Part shown: positions 6,476 to 16,033 of the stretch, piece after piece
Layout: each line of letters opens with the position of its first letter
Position numbering within the stretch: position 1 is the first letter of the stretch
Assembly: GCA_045587385.1 (NCBI GenBank)
Contig: JAZNCE010000003.1
Coordinates: forward strand, 23,754-87,753
Direction: 5' to 3'
DNA: 64,000 nucleotides
DNA from: Eubacteriales bacterium
Lineage (GTDB): Bacteria; Bacillota; Clostridia; Oscillospirales; CAG-272
Notes under the pieces: generated by a model
Seen by the model: the letters and a program-made list of their open reading frames with translations, nothing else
Databases searched by the model: none
Told to the model about the DNA's origin: nothing
Made by a program: the position numbers and the translations under genes

Positions 6476-8554
6476 ATGAAATTAAAAGCAACGACAAAGT
6501 ATCACTCCACGCCCATCAGCCGCAAGCTTGCCTCCAACTTTATCGAGCTTGGCTACGGGCTTCAGGTGGAGGGTATGGCTGCCGAAATGTTTTTCAACCG
6601 CAGCTTTGAGCCGTTTTATCCGTATCGCACCATCAATAAGATCTGGTTTGACCTTTTGGAGGACGAGCGCGACCCTTCCTCGCGCTGTGAGACCGACTGG
6701 CGTGTGTTTGACTGGTATCACTCGGGCTACGAGCACAACGCATGGTTTGCGTTTCCAGGCACGGCAGGGCACCAGCTTATCGAGGATGACTCCACCTTTG
6801 TCATAGAAAGCTCCCCCACCGCCGACGTGCGCATTTGCATTGCTCCGGGTGGCTGCCACGGCGAGCACGCCATGCAGGTGGTCAATAACTCGGACGCAGA
6901 GGGCGGGCTTGCGCAGGAAGGCAAATATTGCTTCTGTGGCGTGACGTACAGCTTTAAGGGTAAGATCCGACGCACATCGGGCGCGGGCGAGGTATGTGTG
7001 GCGATATACAAGGAGGGAACCGTGACCGACCCGGTTGTGACGGTTGCGCTCCCCGAGATCGGCGAGGACTGGACTACCGTTTTTGCAAGCTTCTGTGTCC
7101 CCACCGAAGGGCGCTACACCTTTGCTTTGCTGACAGCCCCCCACACCGGTCTGCTTTGCGACGATTTCACCTTGACCCCCTCGGACGCGATCCGCGGCAT
7201 TAAGAAAAACGCGGTCGAGGCAGGCGCGTACGTGTCTCCCGCCGTGGTGCGCTGGCCGGGTGGCTGCTTTGCGTCGTTTTATAACTGGCGTGACGGCGTT
7301 GGCGCGTATCGCCCGCCCATGAAGTCTTATTTCTGGGGCGGCTATCAGTACAACGACATCGGCACCGACGAGCTTGCCTCGTATGCTGAGGCGGTGGGAG
7401 GCGAGTCCATGATCTGCGTCAATATGTACCATCCATTCAAGCGTTTCTTTGATTACGTACCGCCCGAGAGCCTTGACAAGGACCCATGCGACCCCACCAT
7501 CCACGCTGCCCGCCACGGCAGGGATCTGCCCGGCTTTGCAAGCCTTGAGCAGGGCGCACGCGATGCCGCCGCATGGGTGGAATACTGCAATGGCGACGAG
7601 AATACCGAGGGCGGACGTGCACGTATTGCAAACGGACGCGTCAAGCCGTATGGTGTCAAATACTGGGAAATGGACAACGAGGTGCACCGCTGGTTTACCC
7701 CCGAGGAGTACGCGCGCGCTTGCATCGTGTATGCCCGCGCCATGAAGGCAGTCGATCCCACCGTCAAGATAGGCATTGATACCTACAGCTATCCCGTAGA
7801 AGAACTTGCGGGCATGATCGAGATTGCGGGTAAGGACATCGATTTCATTGCTGACCGCGGTTATGACGAGGGGGCATTGCAGAAAAAGCTTGCCGTACTG
7901 CACGCCTATAACCAAAAGCACGGCACGCATCTGCGCTACTGCAATACAGAGTGGCTGCCGCTGAACGGTGCGGACCGCTACAATTTCGCAGCCAGAAGTG
8001 ACACCAACCTGACCAAGTGCTACCTGTTCAGCAAATGGGCGTACGCGCTGGATGCTGCGTCTATGCTCATGATGTGGCAGAGATACGGACAGAATATCGA
8101 TTTTATCAACTTCAACAACCTTGCCAACACGCATGCGCAGTCCGCGATCGAAACGCCCAAGGAGGGCGCGTACGTCACGGCAGCGGGCATGATGCTGCAC
8201 CGCTTTGCAAACACCAAGGCGTACAGAACGATAGAAATTGAGGACTATCACCCCCACCGCAACGATCTGCTGCAAATTCAGCTTTCGATGGACGAGCAGG
8301 GAAAAGCCCTTGTGCTGGGCGTGCTCAACAGGGGTGAAAATGACGGCGAAGTCACGCTGGATCTCGGTGTATTCACCCCCGCGGACGGCATCCACGAGGG
8401 CGTGCTGCTGTGCGCGGACAGCCTTGTTTCCATGAACACGTTGGGCGACCGACAAATTACCGAGCAGCAGATCACGCTGCGTGTGCAGGGCAGCATTGCC
8501 AATGCGTCCGCCCCCGCAAGATCGTTTGCGGAGTACCTCATTCCGATTGCTTGA
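6476..8554 (+). CDS. clan GH-A TIM-barrel glycosidase, GH51 (alpha-L-arabinofuranosidase)-like
   Basis: Start at MKLKATTKY. The longer ORF-track N-terminus would run through the tandem repeat and the promoter. Opening NFIELGYG...EMFFNRSFE, an N-terminal beta-sandwich, and the YWEMDNEV (acid/base NE) motif. No signal peptide. Confidence 0.65.
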   Translation: MKLKATTKYHSTPISRKLASNFIELGYGLQVEGMAAEMFFNRSFEPFYPYRTINKIWFDLLEDERDPSSRCETDWRVFDWYHSGYEHNAWFAFPGTAGHQLIEDDSTFVIESSPTADVRICIAPGGCHGEHAMQVVNNSDAEGGLAQEGKYCFCGVTYSFKGKIRRTSGAGEVCVAIYKEGTVTDPVVTVALPEIGEDWTTVFASFCVPTEGRYTFALLTAPHTGLLCDDFTLTPSDAIRGIKKNAVEAGAYVSPAVVRWPGGCFASFYNWRDGVGAYRPPMKSYFWGGYQYNDIGTDELASYAEAVGGESMICVNMYHPFKRFFDYVPPESLDKDPCDPTIHAARHGRDLPGFASLEQGARDAAAWVEYCNGDENTEGGRARIANGRVKPYGVKYWEMDNEVHRWFTPEEYARACIVYARAMKAVDPTVKIGIDTYSYPVEELAGMIEIAGKDIDFIADRGYDEGALQKKLAVLHAYNQKHGTHLRYCNTEWLPLNGADRYNFAARSDTNLTKCYLFSKWAYALDAASMLMMWQRYGQNIDFINFNNLANTHAQSAIETPKEGAYVTAAGMMLHRFANTKAYRTIEIEDYHPHRNDLLQIQLSMDEQGKALVLGVLNRGENDGEVTLDLGVFTPADGIHEGVLLCADSLVSMNTLGDRQITEQQITLRVQGSIANASAPARSFAEYLIPIA

Positions 8555-8563
8555 TACAGAAAA

Positions 8564-8599
8564 AACGGCATCTTACTTGCTTGAAGATGCCCGTTTTTC
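8564..8599 (+). terminator. rho-independent terminator
   Basis: CGGCATCTT / AAGATGCCCG stem followed by TTTTT. Confidence 0.7.
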
Positions 8600-8818
8600 T
8601 TGCATAATTTGTTAACTAATTTTGAAAAAACTCTTTACAAATGTGTGAATTTGTGATACAATTATTAACGCCAAGAAAAAAACAGCGATTTTGCATAAAT
8701 TTCCGACAAAATTCATTCAAAAATCACACAATGATGAAAAAAGTGTGATATAATGATACTGTAAAACCAAAACGCTGCAAAAATCAATGGAGAAAAGAGA
8801 TAAAGGAGGGTCCAAATT

Positions 8819-9511
8819 ATGATGGATACCAAAATTCTTGTTGTAGACGACGACAGCAACATCAGCGAATTACTTAAGGTGTATTTTACCAACGAGGGCT
8901 ACGAAGTCAAGACCGCATCCGACGGCGTTGAGGGCATCAGCTTTTTCAAGATGTACGAGCCCGACATTGTGCTGCTTGACATTATGCTGCCCAAAAAGGA
9001 CGGCTGGCAGGTTTGCCGCGAGATCCGCGAAATGTCCTCCAAGCCCATTATCATGATCACCGCAAAGGGTGAGGTGTTTGATAAGGTGCTGGGTCTGGAG
9101 CTGGGCGCGGATGATTTCCTGGTCAAGCCCTTTGACATGAAGGAGCTTTCCGCACGCGTCAAGGCTGTGCTGCGCCGCTACCAGGCACACAACAACCAGG
9201 ATGACGACGAGGTGGTCAAGTTCGAGAACATCGAGATCAGCCGTCAGAAGTACGAGCTCAAGCTCAAGGGCAAGAGCGTGGACATTCCCCCCAAGGAGCT
9301 GGAGCTGCTTTACTTCCTTGCTTCCAACTACAACCGCGTATTCACCCGCGATCAGCTGCTTGACAAGGTTTGGGGCTTTGACTACCTTGGCGACTCCCGC
9401 ACGGTTGACGTGCACGTCAAGAGACTGCGCGAAAAGCTGGAGGGGGCATCCGACAAGTGGATCCTCAAGACGGTTTGGGGCGTTGGCTACAAGTTTGAGC
9501 TGTTAGGCTGA
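8819..9511 (+). CDS. OmpR/PhoB-family response regulator
   Basis: Receiver domain (ILVVDDD...DIVLLDIMLPKKDG...KPF) plus a winged-helix output domain (TVDVHVKRLREKL...VWGVGYKF). GGAGGG lies upstream. Confidence 0.92.
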   Translation: MMDTKILVVDDDSNISELLKVYFTNEGYEVKTASDGVEGISFFKMYEPDIVLLDIMLPKKDGWQVCREIREMSSKPIIMITAKGEVFDKVLGLELGADDFLVKPFDMKELSARVKAVLRRYQAHNNQDDDEVVKFENIEISRQKYELKLKGKSVDIPPKELELLYFLASNYNRVFTRDQLLDKVWGFDYLGDSRTVDVHVKRLREKLEGASDKWILKTVWGVGYKFELLG

Positions 9512-9521
9512 GGCACGTTTC

Positions 9522-10985
9522 GTGTTTAAGAGTCTGTTTTTTAAGTATATCACGGCGTTTATGCTGATCATTGTGATCAGCTTTATGCTGCTGATCGTGA
9601 TCATCGGTAATATTATCAACGGATATTCCGAGCAGGTCAAGACCGAGCTGATCACCAATTCAGCCGCCGCTGCATATGCTTACGTGGACGGAAACTATCA
9701 AAAAGATATGCCGTTTTCGCAATACATTGCCGAGAACGAGCATACCACTGCGGAAATTTTGCAGGCGATGACCGTCAATGCGGACGGCATCACCATCATG
9801 ATCGCAGATGCGGACGGCACGCTGCTTATGGGACGCGGTGTGGAACAGCAGCTTTTTGAGGTAGGGAAGGCGTTACCGCTTACGGGAATGGAAGAGGTGC
9901 TGGCAGGGCAGTCCGTGATTGGCACGGATACCTTTGCGGGCATGCTTTCGCAACCGCACGTGGTGCATGCATATCCCTTATTGGACGGCAGCGACGTGTA
10001 CGGCGTGCTGCTTGTCTGTGCGGATTCCTCGGATTGGATGGATCTGCGCGATTCCACCGTACAGGTCATCATGGCAGCAAGCCTTTGGGTCATGCTGGCA
10101 GCCTTGATTGCGTTCTATTTTATCACCGAGCGCATTATCACGCCGCTCAAAGAGATGAGCCATGCGGCAAAAAGCTTTGCGGCAGGTAAATTTGACGTGC
10201 GCGTACCGGTGCACGGCAACGACGAGGTGGCAGAGCTTGCAACCGCGATGAACAATATGGCGCAATCCTTGGAAGCCCTTGACAAGATGCGTACCTCGTT
10301 TATGGCAAACGTATCGCACGACCTGCGCACACCCATGACCACCATATCCGGCTTTATCGACAGTATCTTAGAGGGCGCGATCCCCGCAGAGCAGCAGAGC
10401 TATTACCTTGGGATTGTGTCCGAGGAGGTCAAAAGACTTTCGCGTCTGGTCACGCAGCTGCTGGATCTGTCGCGTATCCAGGCAGGCGACCGTAAATTTG
10501 TGTCCGCTCCCTTTGACGTTTGTGAGGTTTCGCGCTTGATTCTGATCTCTTTTGAGCAGAAGATCGACGCCAAACGCTTGGAAGTGGAATTTGAATGCGA
10601 TGACGAGCATATGTACGTGCTGGCTGACCGCGATGCGATGTATCAGATCGTGTATAATCTGGTGGACAATGCGGTAAAATTCTCAAGAGAGGGCGGTGCG
10701 TTGCGCATTCGTCTTGACCGCATCAAAAAGGGTCAGAAGATCCGCGTGCGCATCTATAACGAGGGGCAGGGAATTGCCGGGGAGGATCTGCCGTACGTAT
10801 TTGAACGCTTTTATAAGAGTGACAAGAGCCGCGGACTTGACAAAAAGGGCGTTGGCTTGGGGCTGTATATTGCAAAGACCATTATAGAAGCCCATCATGA
10901 GAGTATTTCGGTTGACAGTGTAGCAGGCGAGTGGTGTGAATTCACCTTTACGCTGCCCGAGGTAAGTGCTCCCGAAAAGGAATGA
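9522..10985 (+). CDS. sensor histidine kinase (2 TM helices, HAMP, HisKA, HATPase_c)
   Basis: GTG start 10 nt after the regulator gene's stop codon. H-box SHDLRTPMT, N-box DNAVKF, G-boxes GLGLYIAK, and a HAMP linker. Confidence 0.9.
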   Translation: MFKSLFFKYITAFMLIIVISFMLLIVIIGNIINGYSEQVKTELITNSAAAAYAYVDGNYQKDMPFSQYIAENEHTTAEILQAMTVNADGITIMIADADGTLLMGRGVEQQLFEVGKALPLTGMEEVLAGQSVIGTDTFAGMLSQPHVVHAYPLLDGSDVYGVLLVCADSSDWMDLRDSTVQVIMAASLWVMLAALIAFYFITERIITPLKEMSHAAKSFAAGKFDVRVPVHGNDEVAELATAMNNMAQSLEALDKMRTSFMANVSHDLRTPMTTISGFIDSILEGAIPAEQQSYYLGIVSEEVKRLSRLVTQLLDLSRIQAGDRKFVSAPFDVCEVSRLILISFEQKIDAKRLEVEFECDDEHMYVLADRDAMYQIVYNLVDNAVKFSREGGALRIRLDRIKKGQKIRVRIYNEGQGIAGEDLPYVFERFYKSDKSRGLDKKGVGLGLYIAKTIIEAHHESISVDSVAGEWCEFTFTLPEVSAPEKE

Positions 10986-11000
10986 GAGGGGGAGAAGACA

Positions 11001-12488
11001 TTGGAAGAAAAACGTGAACGGACTCCGGATCAAGAGCCGGAGCAACCAATAGAGCAAGAACAAATGACAAGCGAGACACAAGAGCAGCCTGCCCAAACGC
11101 CTTTGGATGATTCTGCAAAGGAAACTGCGCAGGAGTACCAAGACGATTTGGACAAACAGCCCGACATGGAGCATGTGCCTCAAGAGGCAAAGCAGATTTT
11201 TGAAGCCGATCGGGCACAAAAGGGGGCAGCCGCGCAAAAGCAGGATGGGCAGTATACCTATAAATGGAGCTATGAAGAGCAGCGCGCGGCGGATATGAAA
11301 ACAAAATTTGCCAAGCGTGCGCACGTGCGCGGTGTATGGATCTACGCACTGACCATGACGGTGGTGTTCGCTTTGTGCTTTACCCTTTTGCTGGGGGTAT
11401 TGCTGGTGGACATTTTCCTGCCGGATAAGCAGGATCAGACCATGCAGGGCGGCTTGGCAGGAGACGTCACCGTTGTTGGCGGTGGCGACGAGCAGACGAT
11501 TGAGCTCAGCGCATTGGAATCGGTACGTAACTATACCGTAGTGATCGCTGCCAGAGGCGCCGAAGGATCCAGTACGGGTACCGGCTTTGTGCTGACGCAG
11601 GATGGCTATATTGCCACCAATTATCACGTGATTGAGAATATGCAGACCATCACGGTCAAGTTTTACAACGGTCAGGCAGCGGTTGCCGAGGTGATCGGAT
11701 ATTCCGCGATCGATGATATTGCCGTGATCAAGATCAATGCCGGCGGTCTTTACACCGCAAGGCTTGGCAGCTCTGCCGACGTCAAGGACGCGCAGAACGT
11801 ATATGCCGTGGGTACGCCCGCGGGCGAGGAATACGCCTGGAGCGTGACAAAGGGCATTGTGTCCTTTGCGCAAAGAGAGGTCAAGATCTACGACGATGAA
11901 GGCATTCTGGAAAAGAAAATGAAGCTGATCCAGACCGATACCCCCGTCAACCCCGGTAACTCGGGCGGACCCTTGGTCAACGCAAACGGTGAGGTGCTTG
12001 GTATCATCACGCTCAAGCTTGCAGGGCAATATGAAAATATGGGCTTTGCCATTCCGATCGACGGTGCGATGGTGCTGATCAACAACATCATCGAGACGGG
12101 TGAGCCCGGAGATTCTCCCATCACCTCCAAGCGTCCTTTGATCGGTATCGTGGGCGTTGGCGTTGAAGCAGGAAAGTATTATATCAGCATTCCCGGTGAG
12201 AACAGAATTCAGGAGATCACTCCGGAGGATGCTGCTGCAAACCCCCACGTTGCTTTCCATGCTTCCCATACCGGTATTTGGGTACAGAGCACCACGCCCG
12301 GGCTGGATGCGGCAAATAAGCTGCAGCCCGACGATATCATCGTCATGGCGGATGGGCGCGAGCTTGCCACCATTTACGATCTTATGGACGTCATCAACAG
12401 CCACAACGGTGGCGAAACAGTACAGCTGACCTACTATCGCAACGGTGTCGCCAACATCGTGGATGTGGAGCTTGGCTACGCAGAATAA
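11001..12488 (+). CDS. membrane-anchored S1C (HtrA/DegP-like) serine protease with PDZ domain
   Basis: TTG start behind GGGGGAG. Acidic, Q-rich N-terminus, one TM helix, trypsin-like triad context (ATNYHV, DIAVIK, GNSGGPL) and a C-terminal PDZ. Confidence 0.88.
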   Translation: MEEKRERTPDQEPEQPIEQEQMTSETQEQPAQTPLDDSAKETAQEYQDDLDKQPDMEHVPQEAKQIFEADRAQKGAAAQKQDGQYTYKWSYEEQRAADMKTKFAKRAHVRGVWIYALTMTVVFALCFTLLLGVLLVDIFLPDKQDQTMQGGLAGDVTVVGGGDEQTIELSALESVRNYTVVIAARGAEGSSTGTGFVLTQDGYIATNYHVIENMQTITVKFYNGQAAVAEVIGYSAIDDIAVIKINAGGLYTARLGSSADVKDAQNVYAVGTPAGEEYAWSVTKGIVSFAQREVKIYDDEGILEKKMKLIQTDTPVNPGNSGGPLVNANGEVLGIITLKLAGQYENMGFAIPIDGAMVLINNIIETGEPGDSPITSKRPLIGIVGVGVEAGKYYISIPGENRIQEITPEDAAANPHVAFHASHTGIWVQSTTPGLDAANKLQPDDIIVMADGRELATIYDLMDVINSHNGGETVQLTYYRNGVANIVDVELGYAE

Positions 12489-12512
12489 TGTAATTTATCA
12501 AAGGAGACAGAT

Positions 12513-13187
12513 ATGGCTTGGGACTTATGGCTTTTTGAGCATATCGGCGCATGGGATTATCTGATACGCGTTGTTGTAGCGTGCCTGTGCGGCGGTTTGA
12601 TCGGTCTTGAGCGAACCAAACGCCTCAAGGAGGCGGGTATACGCACCCATATCATCGTGGCACTCGGTGCGACCTTGATCATGGTAGTCTCCAAATACGG
12701 CTTTTCCGACGTTATGGAGGCAGATGCTTCGCGCATTGCATCCAACGTCATCACCGGCGTCAGCTTTTTGGGCGCGGGCGTCATCTTCGTGCGCGGCGGC
12801 TCGGTCAAGGGCTTGACCACCGCAGCGGGCATCTGGGCAACTGCCGCTATCGGACTTGCGCTGGGCGCGGGTATGTATACCGTCGGTGTTCTTGTGACGG
12901 TGCTGATGATCCTTTTGCAGATCTCTTTGCACAAGTTTTTGCCGGCGGATATGCAATCCTCCAAGGAGCTTTTGCTGGTGATATCCAGGGATTATCATAC
13001 CGTGATGCCCAAGATCCGCGAAAGATTGACCGAGATGAAAATTCTGATCAGCGGCGTGGAGATGGAAAAGCTGGAAAACGGTGACGTGCGTGTGACCATG
13101 GACATTCGCTTACACAAAGACAATTTCAGCGAAGAGCTGCTTGACCTCGCGGACGAATTCCCCGAGATCAAGTCGATCGTGCTGTAA
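12513..13187 (+). CDS. MgtC/SapB family membrane protein
   Basis: GGLIGLERTKRLKEAGIRTHIIVALGA... is the typical MgtC N-terminal domain, followed by a soluble ACT-like C-terminus. Confidence 0.85.
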   Translation: MAWDLWLFEHIGAWDYLIRVVVACLCGGLIGLERTKRLKEAGIRTHIIVALGATLIMVVSKYGFSDVMEADASRIASNVITGVSFLGAGVIFVRGGSVKGLTTAAGIWATAAIGLALGAGMYTVGVLVTVLMILLQISLHKFLPADMQSSKELLLVISRDYHTVMPKIRERLTEMKILISGVEMEKLENGDVRVTMDIRLHKDNFSEELLDLADEFPEIKSIVL

Positions 13188-13194
13188 ATAAACG

Positions 13195-13241
13195 AAAAAA
13201 GCAGAGCCAAACGCAATTTTCATGCGTTTGGCTCTGTTTTG
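13195..13241. terminator. bidirectional terminator between convergent genes
   Basis: CAGAGCCAAACGCA / TGCGTTTGGCTCTG forms a 14-bp stem flanked by an A run and a T run. Confidence 0.75.
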
Positions 13242-14300
13242 TTATTTAGCCCATTTTTGAAGCATTTCCATGTACTTGGGATTTTCTCTGAGTTCTGCAA
13301 GCTGCGGATGCGGAGAATGTAAAAGCTTATTCAACTCCCATGCAACCACATCGTCCGTCTTATAGGTGGTCTTGAACAGCTCTTTGACCACGGGATCCTT
13401 TTGGGCAAGCGTCATGACCTTCTGCAAGGATGCAAGATGCTTATCTCTGATACGGATGATTTCTTCCATGGGCGCGTTATCAACTCTGAGCATACCTGCT
13501 AATATTGCATAAATGGATTGCTCTCCGATACAGAAAAACGCGAGGTCGTGTGTGTTGCTGATTTGCGCAAATGCTTGTGCCATCGGCTCTATACGTTCGA
13601 TCTTTTGTGCTACCGAGAGTGTAGGATCAAAACGAATGATACGCGCAAGCTTGAGCGACATAACATCCATTAACCCATAACAATTTCGCTTATTCCAGTA
13701 CCGAAACTCTGCTGTATCTGTGGAGAAAAGCCGCTCTTTTGAAACCGGTGCTTGCCAAGGGGACAGACACGAGAGCAGCTCTAACGCTGCCTCAGTGTCA
13801 CCGCTTGCGTGCAGGAGCTTGGCTTTCATCTCAATTGCCTCGGCGCGGAGACCGTCTTGCGTGCATCCCTCCAAAATACAGTTGCAAATTTGCGTCAGCT
13901 CATCCTTATTTTTCAGCAAGGCGTCGGCATTCAGTCCGCGCGCTCCATCCTGCATATATGCATTCATAATGCGGTAATCGTGGGGATATTTCTTGCGTGC
14001 GTCTGAAATCATTTTTTTGCCATCGTCAAATCTTCCTTGGGCGTATAGTTGCAGATGCTGTTCCAGTATCTGATCCACGTCCGCTTTTGCTTTTGCTTCA
14101 TCATATCCCAAAAGCTCGTCAACCGTCACGCCGAAAATTTCCGCAAGCGGAAACAACATAGTAATATCGGGGTAGGTATTTCTGGCTTCCCATTTACTGA
14201 CAGCCGCTGTTGAAATCGTCAAAAGCTCTGCAAGCTGCTCCTGTGTCAAGCCCTTAGCAAGACGCAAACGTTTAATGTTGTTACCTATATTCAGTTCCAT
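13242..14300 (-). CDS. XRE-family HTH regulator with helical-repeat (TPR-like) C-terminal domain
   Basis: N-terminus IKRLRLAKGLTQEQLAELLTISTAAVSKWEARNTYPDITMLFPLAEIFGVTVDELLG. The C-terminal ~280 aa is helical with no TM segment. GC content is lower than the flanks. Confidence 0.8.
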   Translation of the reverse strand: MELNIGNNIKRLRLAKGLTQEQLAELLTISTAAVSKWEARNTYPDITMLFPLAEIFGVTVDELLGYDEAKAKADVDQILEQHLQLYAQGRFDDGKKMISDARKKYPHDYRIMNAYMQDGARGLNADALLKNKDELTQICNCILEGCTQDGLRAEAIEMKAKLLHASGDTEAALELLSCLSPWQAPVSKERLFSTDTAEFRYWNKRNCYGLMDVMSLKLARIIRFDPTLSVAQKIERIEPMAQAFAQISNTHDLAFFCIGEQSIYAILAGMLRVDNAPMEEIIRIRDKHLASLQKVMTLAQKDPVVKELFKTTYKTDDVVAWELNKLLHSPHPQLAELRENPKYMEMLQKWAK

Positions 14301-14446
14301 AATTAGAGTTCCTTTCAGTATAGTAAACAGGCCTGTTTTCGATTATATTATAACATAGATCCAAGATAATACAAGCGAAGCGTAGGTAACAAGCATTTAA
14401 CTTGCGGTTAAATAATTATAGTGGGGAAACGCAGTCAGTAAACAAG

Positions 14447-14645
14447 CCCCCCTCCGGGAGGGGGGAAGGATGGAGCAGGCTTGTGCCAAGCGCAGGGGGG
14501 AGAGTGCGAATCAGATAAATTTCTGCACGTTTTCCATCTTTGCATTTCTGCGTTTGAATATTCCGCGCAAAAACCGATTTACCTCGCTTTCTCCCCCCTC
14601 AAGTCGTATTATCATAGACTTTCAATCCCCCCTCCCGGAGGGGGG
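14447..14645. repeat. intergenic palindromic element bounded by two near-identical C6/G6 hairpins
   Basis: CCCCCCTCCGGGAGGGGGG (14447-14465) and CCCCCCTCCCGGAGGGGGG (14627-14645) flank an imperfect inverted repeat (AGGGGGGAGAGTGCGA... vs ...TCGCTTTCTCCCCCCT). Confidence 0.8.
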
Positions 14646-14704
14646 CACGATTACTTATCAATCTTCTTTTTGGTGTTATTATGTGGTATTGGGATAAATA
14701 AATC

Positions 14705-14740
14705 AGAGGCTTTCTCGAAAGAAATGAGAAAGCCTCTTTT
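14705..14740. terminator. hairpin terminator downstream of rpe
   Basis: AGAGGCTTTCTC / GAGAAAGCCTCT forms a 12-bp stem, with TTTT on the plus side. Confidence 0.65.
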
Positions 14741-14757
14741 GATATTTATGTACTATA

Positions 14758-15429
14758 TTACCCCACAAACGGATTGAGCTTTGCAGCGTCCTTCATGCCG
14801 AAGATGACCGATCTCGGCTTTTTGGACTTGAAAATAGCCGAGCCTGCGACAATGACGTTTGCGCCTGCACCGGTGCAGTAGCCCACGTTATCGGGATTGA
14901 TGCCGCCGTCCACCTCAATGTCCAGCTTCAAGTTGTTGTCAGCCGCGTATCTGCGCAGCACGCGTACCTTATCCAGCATGGGCATCATCAGAGATTGTCC
15001 GCTGAAGCCGGGCTCGACCGTCATAATGGTGACCTGCGAGAGCTGGGGGAGATAGGGAAATACGGATTCCACGGGCGTTTTGGGAGAGACGGCAATGCCC
15101 ACGCGCATTTCGTGCGATGCAATCGCGCGAATGACAGCCTCGGGATCGTCTGTGCTCTCAATATGGAAGGTGATCATGTCCGCGCCCGCCTTGACGAATC
15201 TGTCTACGTAGCGGATGGGATCGTTGATCATGAGATGCACGTCAAAGATCAGCTTGGTGTGCTTGCGGATGGACGCGATCAGCTCGGGACCAAAGCTGAT
15301 GTTGGGAACAAACGCACCGTCCATGATATCCAGGTGCAGATAGTTTGCGCCCGCATCCTCAACCTTTTTGATCTCGTCGGCAAGGTGCGCGTAATCAGCA
15401 GCCAGCAGGGAAGGAGAAATATAAGTCAT
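14758..15429 (-). CDS. rpe: ribulose-phosphate 3-epimerase
   Basis: Start at MTYISPSLLAAD, the canonical Rpe N-terminus. Also HLDIMDG, DVHLM, MTVEPGFSGQ and VDGGI. Confidence 0.93.
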   Translation of the reverse strand: MTYISPSLLAADYAHLADEIKKVEDAGANYLHLDIMDGAFVPNISFGPELIASIRKHTKLIFDVHLMINDPIRYVDRFVKAGADMITFHIESTDDPEAVIRAIASHEMRVGIAVSPKTPVESVFPYLPQLSQVTIMTVEPGFSGQSLMMPMLDKVRVLRRYAADNNLKLDIEVDGGINPDNVGYCTGAGANVIVAGSAIFKSKKPRSVIFGMKDAAKLNPFVG

Positions 15430-15559
15430 AATATGCGTTCCTTTCTGTTGCAAAGTGTAGATTTGTGTCATACTATGTAATATAAAATTCGTATGACAGA
15501 GGCGGCTGGGACCTGTAAAGCACGGGAAGTCGGAGTGAGCATGCCGCCAAAGTGATACT

Positions 15560-16033
15560 TTATATACGTTCTATCAAGCAGACCGCGTGTGCGGCAATGC
15601 CAAGCCCCTCTCCCGTAAAGCCAAGGTGCTCCTCGGTGGTTGCCTTGACGTTGATCTGATCTGCGTCACAACCCAGCGCACGGGCAAGATTTTGCTTCAT
15701 GAACGGGATATGGGGTGCGAGCTTGGGGGCTTGCGCGATGACGGTGGCGTCTACGTTGCCGATGCGGTAGCCTTGGTTTGCCAGCAAAGCAGCCACGTGC
15801 TGTGCCAGCTTTAAGCTGTCGGCACCCTTGTACGCGGGATCGGTATCGGGAAAATGCTTGCCGATGTCACCGAGCGCGGCTGCGCCCAGCAGCGCGTCCA
15901 TGACCGCGTGGGTCAGTACGTCGGCATCCGAGTGCCCGAGCAGCCCTTTTTCGTAAGGAATATTCACGCCGCCTATGATCAGATCGCGCCCTTCGACCAA
16001 GCGGTGTACGTCGTATCCGTGTCCGATCCTCAT
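15560..16033 (-). CDS. ispF: 2-C-methyl-D-erythritol 2,4-cyclodiphosphate synthase
   Basis: [12 protein letters not shown]...[11 protein letters not shown]...GDIGKHFPD is a hallmark IspF sequence. Confidence 0.95.
   Translation of the reverse strand: MRIGHGYDVHRLVEGRDLIIGGVNIPYEKGLLGHSDADVLTHAVMDALLGAAALGDIGKHFPDTDPAYKGADSLKLAQHVAALLANQGYRIGNVDATVIAQAPKLAPHIPFMKQNLARALGCDADQINVKATTEEHLGFTGEGLGIAAHAVCLIERI

Noticed and set aside
14470-14777. Small ORFs (75 and 98 aa) in the gap upstream of the XRE/helical-repeat regulator, considered as possible signalling-peptide precursors.
   Set aside because: They have no RBS, they run through the palindromic element and a terminator hairpin, and they have no secretion signal or conserved peptide features.
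15430-15559. A possible structured RNA between ispF and rpe, based on GGCGGC...GCCGCC closing a ~36-nt loop.
   Set aside because: There is only a 6-bp stem with a large unstructured loop, no flanking conserved motifs and no T run. The support is insufficient.
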